Made by a program: the position numbers and the translations under genes. Shown in pieces: positions 1 through 8,545 of a stretch of 64,000 nucleotides of DNA. The DNA comes from an uncultured Candidatus Actinomarina sp. (lineage in GTDB: Bacteria > Actinomycetota > Acidimicrobiia > Actinomarinales > Actinomarinaceae), in contig CACJJR010000001.1 in assembly GCA_902593795.1 (NCBI GenBank), positions 196,647 through 260,646 on the forward strand, read 5' to 3'. The notes beneath the pieces were generated by a model that worked only from the letters and a program-made list of their open reading frames with translations, did no database searches and was not told the DNA's origin. Each line of letters opens with the position of its first letter. Within the stretch, counting starts at the first letter, position 1.

Positions 1-1
1 A

Positions 2-499
2 ATTGTTGGATTTATAGGGATTCTGTATTTGTTTATTACAGGAGAAACAGGCTTGTTGAACGATGGGGATATTTTACTTGGCGGAACATTAGCATTTTTT
101 GGTGTCCAGTGTATTGCATTGGCAACGGTTCTAAATAGAAAATATGCACCAAAGTATAAAGTTGCAACCTGGCTTACATATCAATATCCGCTAGTAATTA
201 TTTTAAGTATCGCTGCTTATATAATTTTTGATATAGAGCCGCAATCTTTATCAACATCTCAAATAATCAGAATAGGAGCGTTGGTAATTTCAAATCTTAG
301 TGCTTTTACAGCTTTTACTTGGCTTATTAGAAGGGTAAGCGCTTTGCAAGTTGCATCTGTAGACTACCTTGTTCCAATTGTCGGAGTTACAGCAGGTGTT
401 GTATTTTTAAATGAAGCATTTAATTCCAATATTGTTATTGCATCTATTTTTATTTTCTTCTCATTGTTACTAAACACCAAAGAGGAATTTTCAGAGTGA
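2..499 (+). CDS. DMT/EamA-family membrane transporter, C-terminal portion (5' end cut off by window start)
   Basis: ORF runs to window edge; polytopic hydrophobic protein with duplicated EamA-like TM pattern; no stop upstream in frame. Confidence 0.45.
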   Translation: MVGFIGILYLFITGETGLLNDGDILLGGTLAFFGVQCIALATVLNRKYAPKYKVATWLTYQYPLVIILSIAAYIIFDIEPQSLSTSQIIRIGALVISNLSAFTAFTWLIRRVSALQVASVDYLVPIVGVTAGVVFLNEAFNSNIVIASIFIFFSLLLNTKEEFSE

Positions 500-1069
500 G
501 TTAAGTTCTCTCTTGACTTTTTTTAAATCCTGCCATGTCAGCCACTTAGGCTTACCTTTTTCTTTTGATGGATTCCTTAGTAAATACGAAGGATGAAAAA
601 TTGGCATACACTTAATACTATCTTTTGTAATCCACCCTCCTCTCAATTTAGAAATAGGTTCACTAATTTCAAGATAAGACTGAACTGCAGTAGATCCTGC
701 TAATACGATAATTTTTGGTTTAATCATTGTAATTTGTTCAGTTAACCACGGACTACATTCTGAAACTTCTTGTAAGAAAGGCTTCCTATTATTTGGTGGC
801 CTACACTTTACGATATTTGATATATAACAGTCTTTATTTGTATCTATACCTACAGATAAAAATATGTTATCTAACATTTTTCCAGCTCTTCCAACGAAGG
901 CCAAGCCTTGGTCGTCTTCTTGTTGCCCCGGCGCTTCACCTATAACTAAAAGTTTGGCATTGGGATTTCCTCGACCAAAAACTACATTTTGTCGTGTGGA
1001 AGACAATGAGCATTTAATACATGCAGTACATTCTTTTTCTAAGATTTTAAATTTTGCTTGATTTACCAT
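491..1069 (-). CDS. Uracil-DNA glycosylase, family 4 (Fe-S type)
   Basis: N-terminal CxxC cluster, GEAPG motif and FHPSYLLR (HPS) motif characteristic of family 4/5 UDGs; 192 aa. Confidence 0.8.
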   Translation of the reverse strand: MVNQAKFKILEKECTACIKCSLSSTRQNVVFGRGNPNAKLLVIGEAPGQQEDDQGLAFVGRAGKMLDNIFLSVGIDTNKDCYISNIVKCRPPNNRKPFLQEVSECSPWLTEQITMIKPKIIVLAGSTAVQSYLEISEPISKLRGGWITKDSIKCMPIFHPSYLLRNPSKEKGKPKWLTWQDLKKVKRELNSL

Positions 1070-1406
1070 CGTATAAAATTTTAGCTAAATTTGTTAAATT
1101 GAACACCCCAAGAACAAAGTTCAAGGGATTTTTTGTATACCAACAAATTACAGGGAGCAATTTTTATGATTACTAATTTCATTATGGATTAGCGAATTAA
1201 ACACCTAATAAAATTGAGTTAAATAGTAAGTAAATTTAAAAAAGGTTAGGAAACGAGAAAACCCTTGAAAACTCCGCAATCTGTTTCCAGATTTCCTGTC
1301 TCAAGGGTTATCTCTTGATACTTCTTATAATGATCATCTATAAAGACTTTCTTCATAAAAAGTAATTTAAATCTAACTAAAGATGTTTTAAAAATCAAAA
1401 CAAATC

Positions 1407-2342
1407 TTAAGAATTTTTCCCACTTTTTCTTCTAGTAATAATCAAATTGAACAGAATTGCAACAACAGTTATGCCTAATAGAGCACTTAAAACAGTAGAT
1501 AAGAAATTATTATTGATTGCATTAATCCCATAATCGTCAAGAAGCAAAACAACTCCATCAGTTTGAGTAAATCCAAATTCTTCAGCAACCGACTCTAATC
1601 CATCTGGTGAGGATGAAGCAAAAGGTGTAATAAGACTTAAAAGCAATATCAAAATAATAAATAATCCATAAAAAGAAACTTTTGTTGTATTTTCACCGCT
1701 TCTGTCGTATGCGTAAACCAAATCTGGCCTGACGCGCATTAGTAGAGTAATTATTAAGGCAGTAATTATTCCTTCTCCCAACCCAATAATTAGATGAGTT
1801 GTAACCATAGCTATCAAAACTGTACCGACTGGAATAGATATTGTTCCGCCAATTGCGTATTGAATAGTAAACGCTATTGATGAAAAAACTACACTTAGAA
1901 TCCCGGCAAGGACACTAACAGTCACAATAGAGGTTTTATTTTTACCAATAAATTTTATCCAATATTTTACGATAAACCAGCTTGTTGCACTGGTAACTAT
2001 TGCCATATTTAGAACATTCACACCTAATGCACTAAGACCACCATCAGCAAAAAGTAGAGATTGTATTATGACAACTACTGATAGACAAATCAAACCTAAT
2101 CTTGGTCCTAAAACAATTACAGCAAGAGCCCCGCCAAGAAGATGACCACTTGTTCCAGCAGCCACAGGAAAATTAATCATTTGAAGAACAAATATTAATG
2201 CAGACATCATTCCAGTTAAAGCTATAAATTTATCCGCAATTAAGTCTTTTGCTGATCTTACATATGCCCACAAAGTTCCAAAACTTATTACACCAGTTGC
2301 GGCAGACATAGTAACATTCATAAATCCGTCAGGTACGTGCAT
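1407..2342 (-). CDS. ECF-type Ni/Co transporter substrate component, fused CbiM/NikM-CbiN/NikN
   Basis: Starts MHVPDGF (CbiM/NikM N-terminal signature), multi-TM; C-terminal ~90 aa has CbiN/NikN-like two-TM module with SSPDGLE loop. Confidence 0.6.
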   Translation of the reverse strand: MHVPDGFMNVTMSAATGVISFGTLWAYVRSAKDLIADKFIALTGMMSALIFVLQMINFPVAAGTSGHLLGGALAVIVLGPRLGLICLSVVVIIQSLLFADGGLSALGVNVLNMAIVTSATSWFIVKYWIKFIGKNKTSIVTVSVLAGILSVVFSSIAFTIQYAIGGTISIPVGTVLIAMVTTHLIIGLGEGIITALIITLLMRVRPDLVYAYDRSGENTTKVSFYGLFIILILLLSLITPFASSSPDGLESVAEEFGFTQTDGVVLLLDDYGINAINNNFLSTVLSALLGITVVAILFNLIITRRKSGKNS

Positions 2343-2395
2343 ACAAAATTATAAAACTAAGTGAACCTTATTGCAAACACATTGCAATAAGATGT

Positions 2396-3133
2396 TTAAA
2401 TAATTTTTTGCTCTCTAAACCACTGATGAATTTCACTCAATACAAATGTTCTGGTGTCTTGATTAAGGATCTCATGTTTAGAGTTCTCTACTTTGATAAA
2501 CTTTACATTTTCTAATTTAGAAATTTTGCTACTTGCTTTAACAGGTACAATTTTGTCTCCAGAACCGTGCAGGACCAATGTGGGTATTTTTAAATTTTGT
2601 ATATTTTCATTTACAAATTTTTGTTCATTATTTATTTCACTTCCAAACTTAAAGGTAAGACTTCTAAAGACCAGTGGATCATTAAAATAGTTTTCAACAG
2701 TTTCTATATCAGTAGATAAATTTTTCTTAGTTACCGGTGAAGGTGCTCGTAATTTTGGAAAAATCTTTGAAAGTCCTCCTGACATATTTTTAATAAATTT
2801 TGGGTAATAATCATCAAAGTGAGGGGCGGAGAGAATTAGATAGTCAGGCTTTATCCTATTTCTCAAAATTGCTGAAACTGATACTAGCGATCCATAGGAG
2901 TGGGCAAAAATAATTGTTTTATCTTTTTTTTCTAGTTCACTAAAAGCACTTGAAATTGCAGTCAAGTTCTCTTCCCATGACTCAATATGCCCTTTTTCAT
3001 TAAGTTCTCCATGTCCAGGCAAATTAAATGAAAAAGCCTCAATACCTAGTTTTTCTAACCATGCAACATTATCTTTGTGACGTCCTTTGTGTTCAAATAA
3101 TCCATGTAGTACTAATGCTCCAAAATTAGACAC
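2396..3133 (-). CDS. alpha/beta-hydrolase (lysophospholipase/monoacylglycerol lipase-like)
   Basis: HG oxyanion motif near N-terminus (LVLHGLFEH), nucleophile elbow AHSYGS, C-terminal His; 245 aa. Confidence 0.7.
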   Translation of the reverse strand: MSNFGALVLHGLFEHKGRHKDNVAWLEKLGIEAFSFNLPGHGELNEKGHIESWEENLTAISSAFSELEKKDKTIIFAHSYGSLVSVSAILRNRIKPDYLILSAPHFDDYYPKFIKNMSGGLSKIFPKLRAPSPVTKKNLSTDIETVENYFNDPLVFRSLTFKFGSEINNEQKFVNENIQNLKIPTLVLHGSGDKIVPVKASSKISKLENVKFIKVENSKHEILNQDTRTFVLSEIHQWFREQKII

Positions 3134-3165
3134 AAGCTCTCCTTTTTTTTATTAAATTAATAATA

Positions 3166-3876
3166 ATGAATATAGACTTCATAAAAGTACCATTTTTAAA
3201 TAATCCTTCTATGCAAAAGTATGATGGACCATTGTTCAACCATAATCCTGATAAAAAATATTTAGTTAAAAAAAAGGAAGAATTAGAGAAATATGGGGGT
3301 GATTTATACGGACAAACAAAACAATTTAAAAATTCCAACTTAAACAGCAAAGTTAATCAACTCCTAGGGCTAAATAAAAATGAGTCTTTTTTAAACACAG
3401 CAATGGAAATTGAAGAAGATTTGGCAGTAATGTATGAGGGAAATCTTGAAGCTATATGTTTTTGCTTTCCTAGCGGATGGATCCCAAGTAATGAATTAAA
3501 ATCAAATTTTTCTAAATTACATATGCCTGTTGCAGATAATGATCAGTTAATAAAATCAAGTAAAAAACTTACAGAACATATGACTAAAAAAACTATTCGA
3601 AGATGGGTATGGAATTTAACCACTATTTCGAATTTAAGCAATCACCCAAACGAAAATCGACCTGAGATTACTGATTTTGAAAGTCTATATTTCAGACTTG
3701 AAACACAAATATCAGTTCCTTTAGATAATAAATCAAGTTTATTTCTTGTAAAAGTAGAAGTATTTCCACTAAAGGAAGTTTGGGATGAAATAATTCTTGA
3801 AAGTATTAATTCAATGAGTGAAAATATTTTACATTATAAAAAATTAATTGAAATAAAGAAATTTTTAAATAGCTGA
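3166..3876 (+). CDS. hypothetical protein
   Basis: Long ORF with no overlapping alternative; no recognisable family from sequence alone (possible DUF3445-like). Confidence 0.4.
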   Translation: MNIDFIKVPFLNNPSMQKYDGPLFNHNPDKKYLVKKKEELEKYGGDLYGQTKQFKNSNLNSKVNQLLGLNKNESFLNTAMEIEEDLAVMYEGNLEAICFCFPSGWIPSNELKSNFSKLHMPVADNDQLIKSSKKLTEHMTKKTIRRWVWNLTTISNLSNHPNENRPEITDFESLYFRLETQISVPLDNKSSLFLVKVEVFPLKEVWDEIILESINSMSENILHYKKLIEIKKFLNS

Positions 3877-4128
3877 TTTTTTTTCTTTTACAATTAAATA
3901 CAAGATTAAACCAGTAAGTATCGTTGTTAATGAATTGGTTGTCATCAAAGGTATGTCGTTTAAATAACTTCCATATAGAAACCACGATAAAGAACCAAAG
4001 AAAAGAAATAAGTATGTCAGCATAGACAAACCCTCAACATTTCTTGTTTTTAAAGTTTTTATTGCTTGAGGCAAGAAAGACACAGTTGTAAAAAAAACAG
4101 CAAAATATCCAAATATAACAAAACTCAT
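3865..4128 (-). CDS. SemiSWEET / PQ-loop (MtN3-like) small sugar transporter
   Basis: 87 aa, three predicted TM helices, conserved PQ motif in TM1 (SFLPQAIKTLKTR). Confidence 0.65.
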   Translation of the reverse strand: MSFVIFGYFAVFFTTVSFLPQAIKTLKTRNVEGLSMLTYLFLFFGSLSWFLYGSYLNDIPLMTTNSLTTILTGLILYLIVKEKKSAI

Positions 4129-4157
4129 TACTAACTAAATTTTATACCCTACAAGAA

Positions 4158-5279
4158 TTATGAACTAAACAAATCATTAATTACCAAACTTACGTACTCT
4201 GCAAAGACTGACTTCGCATCATTCCAAGATATCTCGTAAATTAATTCAAAAGCTTCCTCAAAGTCTTTACCAGAAGCCATTACTGCATACATGTGCATAG
4301 CTGAATCAGCACCGGCCATTGCATTCATAGCTTCTACAGTTAAGAATCCGATAGAGTATCCTAGTACATAATCAGGATTCCTTATACACACACCTGGAAT
4401 GCTGTTGTTGTAGTAATTTAAAATTGTAGACGGTGAGTATTCATTATAAGGCGCTTTTATATGCCTACCAGTTACTTGCGATGATCTTATATCTAAGTAT
4501 TCTTCATATGTTCCTACTCCAAGTGATAAACCAGCTGCATGAGCAATCCCTTCATTCAACCAGCATGGAGAAGCATCATTAGCACTTTGTTGTGGATTTC
4601 TTGCATTTCCAATCCATTGAGCAGCAACAACTGAATGAGTTACTTCATGAATATGAAGAGGTCCATATCTATATGCATCTATTGAATCTGCGTTATTGAT
4701 ACCAAATGTACCTACACCAAAATGTGGAGGTCTTTGATATATTCCTGAGTTAGCTCCACTGCAGACTCCATCGCGACATGGCGCTCTAGCCATATCACCT
4801 TCAAATCCTGAACTATTCAATTCATTAATTGCCCAGTCAAGATCTCCATAGTTGTAGAAAAATCCATAATATTTTTCTGGCAGAGAAAAGTTTTGCCAGA
4901 AACTTATACCCTTCTGTATATATTGTTCGTTATCTAAAAAATATAGATCAGTTGAGGGACCAGTATTTAAAATTATTTCAAAAGTTTTATTTTCAAATTT
5001 TATATTTTCATTAGATATTCTCTGATAATCATTCCACGCAAATTGTGGCACATTATTAATATATGTGCTTAATTCTCCAATACTCACATACTCACAATCG
5101 TCACATTTATTTTTTACAATTGTCGTAGTGGTTGTATCTTGAACTGTAGTCGTGGTTGTATCTTGAACAGTGGTAGTTGTATCTATATTGTTTGAACTTG
5201 ATGCCACCTCATTATTGCCATCCTGAGATCCTCCACATGTAAAAAATAAAAGAAAACTTATTATTAAATATTTTTTCAT
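4158..5279 (-). CDS. secreted/lipoprotein zinc metalloprotease with Thr-rich repeat linker
   Basis: N-terminal signal peptide with Cys (LLFFTCGGS), tandem TTTTVQD linker repeats, HExxH motif (HIHEVTHS). Confidence 0.6.
   Translation of the reverse strand: MKKYLIISFLLFFTCGGSQDGNNEVASSSNNIDTTTTVQDTTTTTVQDTTTTTIVKNKCDDCEYVSIGELSTYINNVPQFAWNDYQRISNENIKFENKTFEIILNTGPSTDLYFLDNEQYIQKGISFWQNFSLPEKYYGFFYNYGDLDWAINELNSSGFEGDMARAPCRDGVCSGANSGIYQRPPHFGVGTFGINNADSIDAYRYGPLHIHEVTHSVVAAQWIGNARNPQQSANDASPCWLNEGIAHAAGLSLGVGTYEEYLDIRSSQVTGRHIKAPYNEYSPSTILNYYNNSIPGVCIRNPDYVLGYSIGFLTVEAMNAMAGADSAMHMYAVMASGKDFEEAFELIYEISWNDAKSVFAEYVSLVINDLFSS
5122..5185. repeat. in-frame ~24-nt tandem repeat (about 2.5 copies) encoding the Thr-rich linker of the metalloprotease
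   Basis: ggttgtatcttgaac unit repeated directly in sequence. Confidence 0.5.
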
Positions 5280-5309
5280 ATTTTAATCTTACAGAAGGTT
5301 TTTTAAAAT

Positions 5310-5387
5310 TGGTGGGCCTAGTTAGATTTGAACTAACGACCTCATCCTTATCAGGGATGCGCTCTAACCAGGCTGAGCTATAGGCCC
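5310..5387 (-). tRNA. tRNA-Ile (anticodon GAT)
   Basis: Reverse complement folds as GGGCCTA acceptor, anticodon loop CTGATAA, TTCAAAT T-loop, CCA encoded. Confidence 0.85.
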
Positions 5388-5475
5388 ATATGTCTAATTA
5401 ACATTAGTCTATCAATAGAAATATTTAATTTTTTTTTTCATTTACTGTAATATTCTGTGCATAATATTAATGCGA

Positions 5476-5548
5476 GGGGATGTAGCTCAGCTGGAAGAGC
5501 ACCTGCTTTGCAAGCAGGGGGTCGTGGGTTCAAGTCCCATCATCTCCA
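5476..5548 (+). tRNA. tRNA-Ala (anticodon TGC)
   Basis: GGGGATG acceptor with G3:U70 Ala identity pair, anticodon loop TTTGCAA, T-loop TTCAAGT; CCA not encoded. Confidence 0.85.
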
Positions 5549-5568
5549 CAACAAGCTAACCTAAATAT

Positions 5569-5754
5569 ATGGATAAAAAAGATTTAGAAAATTTGTCTGT
5601 AAGCGAGTTAAAAAAGCTTAAAGAATCAATTAATGATGAAATAGAAAACAAGCGTGTTCGCCAAACGCTTTCTAATGCAAACAGGAAGGGACTAGCTTTA
5701 GTTTGGGTAGCTATTGGAATAGCAATTACTTTATTTAGGCTCTTTGCTTCGTGA
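5569..5754 (+). CDS. small protein with C-terminal TM helix
   Basis: 61 aa; stop overlaps next start (ATGA); operonic with glpD-like gene. Confidence 0.3.
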   Translation: MDKKDLENLSVSELKKLKESINDEIENKRVRQTLSNANRKGLALVWVAIGIAITLFRLFAS

Positions 5755-5984
5755 TGGAGTACTTAATAGCCTTATTTATAGGTATAGTCATATTTAGGTT
5801 TTTACGAAACTCTATATCATCTTTAGCAAGCATACCTCCTGAATTAGACACAGATGATGTTGTAGAAATATCACAATCATTTATATGTAATAAATGTGGT
5901 ACAGAGCTAACAATCAATAGACAATCAGTTGTCGCAAACGAGCCTCCTAAACACTGCAAAGAAGCAATGGAACCTGTAGATTAA
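5751..5984 (+). CDS. small protein with N-terminal TM helix and C-terminal Cys pairs (possible zinc ribbon)
   Basis: 77 aa; CNKCG...HC motif; TAATG coupling to downstream gene. Confidence 0.35.
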   Translation: MMEYLIALFIGIVIFRFLRNSISSLASIPPELDTDDVVEISQSFICNKCGTELTINRQSVVANEPPKHCKEAMEPVD

Positions 5985-7447
5985 TGAATTTTTCGAGACC
6001 TGAACAATTACAGGAGCTTGAAAGCAAATCCGAATTTGACCTTTTGATCATTGGCGGTGGGATTGTTGGTTCTGCTGCTTTACAAATGGCTTCATCTAAA
6101 GGCCTAGATTCAATTTTGTTGGAAAAAAATGATTTTGCATCAGGAGCTTCAAGTAGAAGTACAAAACTTTTGCACGGAGGAATAAGATATCTTCCCCAAT
6201 TACAATTTGGTTTAGTTAAAGAAAGTCTCCTAGAGCAAAAAATATTAGTTAAATTGCTTGGAGACCTTTATAAACCTCTAAAACTTCTTGCACCAATATA
6301 TAAAGATGATGGATTTTCAGACCTACCAAAAATATTCCAATTTAATGCTGTCTCTTCAATTGCATTCAAAATTGGATTAACCTTATATGATTTTCTTGGA
6401 TCTAGAGATAAAAACCAAAAACATCTAAATATAGATAAATCTGAAACCAAGAAGCTATTCCCAATATTAAAACAAGAAAAATTAAAAAAAAGCTTTATGT
6501 TTCAAGATGCTCAGACAGATGATGCAAAACTGGTAGTAACCCTGCTAAGAAATGCTGTTGAGATAAATAATGCAAAAGCTATAAACTATATGGAAATAAA
6601 AGATATAACTAAAAGTTCATCAAAATATAAAATTAAAGTTTTAAACACACTAAATAACAGAGATCACACTTTATACGCTACTAATATTATTGCAGCTACT
6701 GGAGTGCATAATTTACCAGGAGAATACAAAGAAAAATCTTCAAAAATTAAATATAGTGGTGGTGCTCATCTTGTTCTTCGAGGAGATCCATTAAAAATTA
6801 ACGGACATGGAATACTCCTTCCAAGAACGGAAGATAATCGAATTATGTTTGTTTTACCTTGGTTTGGGAATACGATTGTTGGAACTACCGATACCGAATC
6901 ATTTTCAGGAACATTAGATAGACCTTTTGCAAACAATCAAGATAAAGAGTATCTAATTAGACATGTTAAAAAATATTTTGACATTGAAGATATAGAGTAC
7001 ATCTCTTCATGGTCGGGCGTAAGGGCGCTAATAGATAATAAGTTAACTTCAACAAAAAATGTTTCAAGAGGTCACTTTTTCAAAAATATCGATGATAAAT
7101 TTATTCAAATTTCTGGAGGGAAATTAACTGGTTTCAGGTTAATAGCAAAAGAGAGCCTCGAATTATTATTTGATAAGAAATTTGACCTAGAGCGTTTAAG
7201 CTTTACAGAAGAAGTTCTTGAGTTATCAAACCAATTTAGTGAAACAGATTTAGAAATATGTTTTCAACACTATTGTATTGCTAAACCATCGGACTATATG
7301 TTAAGAAGAACTCACTTAAGCTGGTTCAATGAAAATGGTGGAAAAAATGAGATTAGAAAGATTATTGGGAAGTTTGAAAATAAAAACATAGAAAAAGAAA
7401 CATTAAAAGAGCTGGATGATGAGGGACTGTTGTATAAAAATAACTAG
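5984..7447 (+). CDS. glpD: FAD-dependent glycerol-3-phosphate dehydrogenase
   Basis: N-terminal GGGIVG FAD fold; blocks matching E. coli GlpD (KLLHGGIRYL; IMFVLPWFG..IVGTTDTE; WSGVRAL). Confidence 0.75.
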   Translation: MNFSRPEQLQELESKSEFDLLIIGGGIVGSAALQMASSKGLDSILLEKNDFASGASSRSTKLLHGGIRYLPQLQFGLVKESLLEQKILVKLLGDLYKPLKLLAPIYKDDGFSDLPKIFQFNAVSSIAFKIGLTLYDFLGSRDKNQKHLNIDKSETKKLFPILKQEKLKKSFMFQDAQTDDAKLVVTLLRNAVEINNAKAINYMEIKDITKSSSKYKIKVLNTLNNRDHTLYATNIIAATGVHNLPGEYKEKSSKIKYSGGAHLVLRGDPLKINGHGILLPRTEDNRIMFVLPWFGNTIVGTTDTESFSGTLDRPFANNQDKEYLIRHVKKYFDIEDIEYISSWSGVRALIDNKLTSTKNVSRGHFFKNIDDKFIQISGGKLTGFRLIAKESLELLFDKKFDLERLSFTEEVLELSNQFSETDLEICFQHYCIAKPSDYMLRRTHLSWFNENGGKNEIRKIIGKFENKNIEKETLKELDDEGLLYKNN

Positions 7448-7698
7448 TTATAGTTTGTAGTCATAAGAAATCCTGCACCAATTAAACCTAAACCACTCCA
7501 GAGATACCATCTAGAAACAGAGCCTGGCAATAGGGTTAGATAATTTAAAACAATAAGCAATACACCGAGAATCATTAGAGACGACATCAATATGACATAC
7601 CATCGAGATGAAGGTTCATTACTTGATGTCATTTGACTAGAAATATTTTTTGATTTGGTAGGTCTATTATTTTGTTTTCTTTTTTTTGAAACCGGCAT
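7444..7698 (-). CDS. CrgA-like small two-TM cell-division protein
   Basis: 84 aa, basic N-terminus plus two TM helices; located next to pknB/PP2C module as in Actinobacteria. Confidence 0.45.
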   Translation of the reverse strand: MPVSKKRKQNNRPTKSKNISSQMTSSNEPSSRWYVILMSSLMILGVLLIVLNYLTLLPGSVSRWYLWSGLGLIGAGFLMTTNYN

Positions 7699-7714
7699 AT
7701 TTTACAAATTAGTA

Positions 7715-8545
7715 TTAATTAGAATTTATTTCAATAATATTTTTCTTTAAAATTATAAGATTGTCTTTCTCTAACCCATGAAGAGCTTTTTCAATTTTTT
7801 CTTCTTTTTCATCAATTTTTATATATATTTCGTCTCTTTTAATTTTATTATTTTCAAGTAAAAGTTTTAGTAGCTTTCCTCGTAGTTCTCTATTCGACCC
7901 TCTAAATTTTTCAATTGAATTATTTTTCTCAAAAAAATACTTACTACAAGTAATTTCTAATGGACAGATGTCACATTTAGGATTTGAACTTTTACATATA
8001 TAACTTCCAAAATCCATAAATGCTTGATTTAGCTCCCTAGAATTTACTTTTTTTAAAAAGTAATCAGAGTTATCCTTTATAAAATCTTTAGTATTATCGA
8101 TTCCAAAAAATCTACTAAAAATTCTTTCCACGTTTGTGTCTACTGCTAAAACTTTTTCACCGTATGCAAATGAAAGAAGAGCATTTTTTGTATATTGCCC
8201 GACACCGGGTAAAATTTCAAAATCTGGATATATTTTATCAAAACCATTTTCAGCAAGAATTTTTGATGATTCATAAAGCCTTCTTGCCCTATTGTTATAA
8301 CCTAATCCGGACCATATTGTTAGAACTTTTTTTAGCGATGAATTGGACATGGATGTTGGTGATGGAAATTCTTTTATAAATTTTTTATAGTAAGTATCAG
8401 CCCTTTCTATTTGTGTTTGTTGAGACAGTATTTCAATAAGAAGAATTTTCCATGGGTCTTTTGTTTCTCGCCACGAAAAAGTTCTCTTATTTTTTTTATA
8501 CCAAATAAGTAAAGTTTTCTTTAGTTGCTTAGTCTTAGTTTCCAA
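7715..8545 (-). CDS. HhH-GPD family adenine DNA glycosylase (MutY-like, lacks C-terminal MutT-like domain), 4Fe-4S
   Basis: EILSQQTQ motif (MutY-type), HhH-GPD element LPGVGQYTKNA, C-x6-C-x2-C-x5-C Fe-S loop. Confidence 0.65.
   Translation of the reverse strand: METKTKQLKKTLLIWYKKNKRTFSWRETKDPWKILLIEILSQQTQIERADTYYKKFIKEFPSPTSMSNSSLKKVLTIWSGLGYNNRARRLYESSKILAENGFDKIYPDFEILPGVGQYTKNALLSFAYGEKVLAVDTNVERIFSRFFGIDNTKDFIKDNSDYFLKKVNSRELNQAFMDFGSYICKSSNPKCDICPLEITCSKYFFEKNNSIEKFRGSNRELRGKLLKLLLENNKIKRDEIYIKIDEKEEKIEKALHGLEKDNLIILKKNIIEINSN

Noticed and set aside
1248-1356. 36-codon minus-strand ORF (MKKVFIDDHYKK...) in the 337-bp gap
   Set aside because: It coincides with the nested inverted repeats and has no RBS or family resemblance, so an RNA-structure explanation is preferred.
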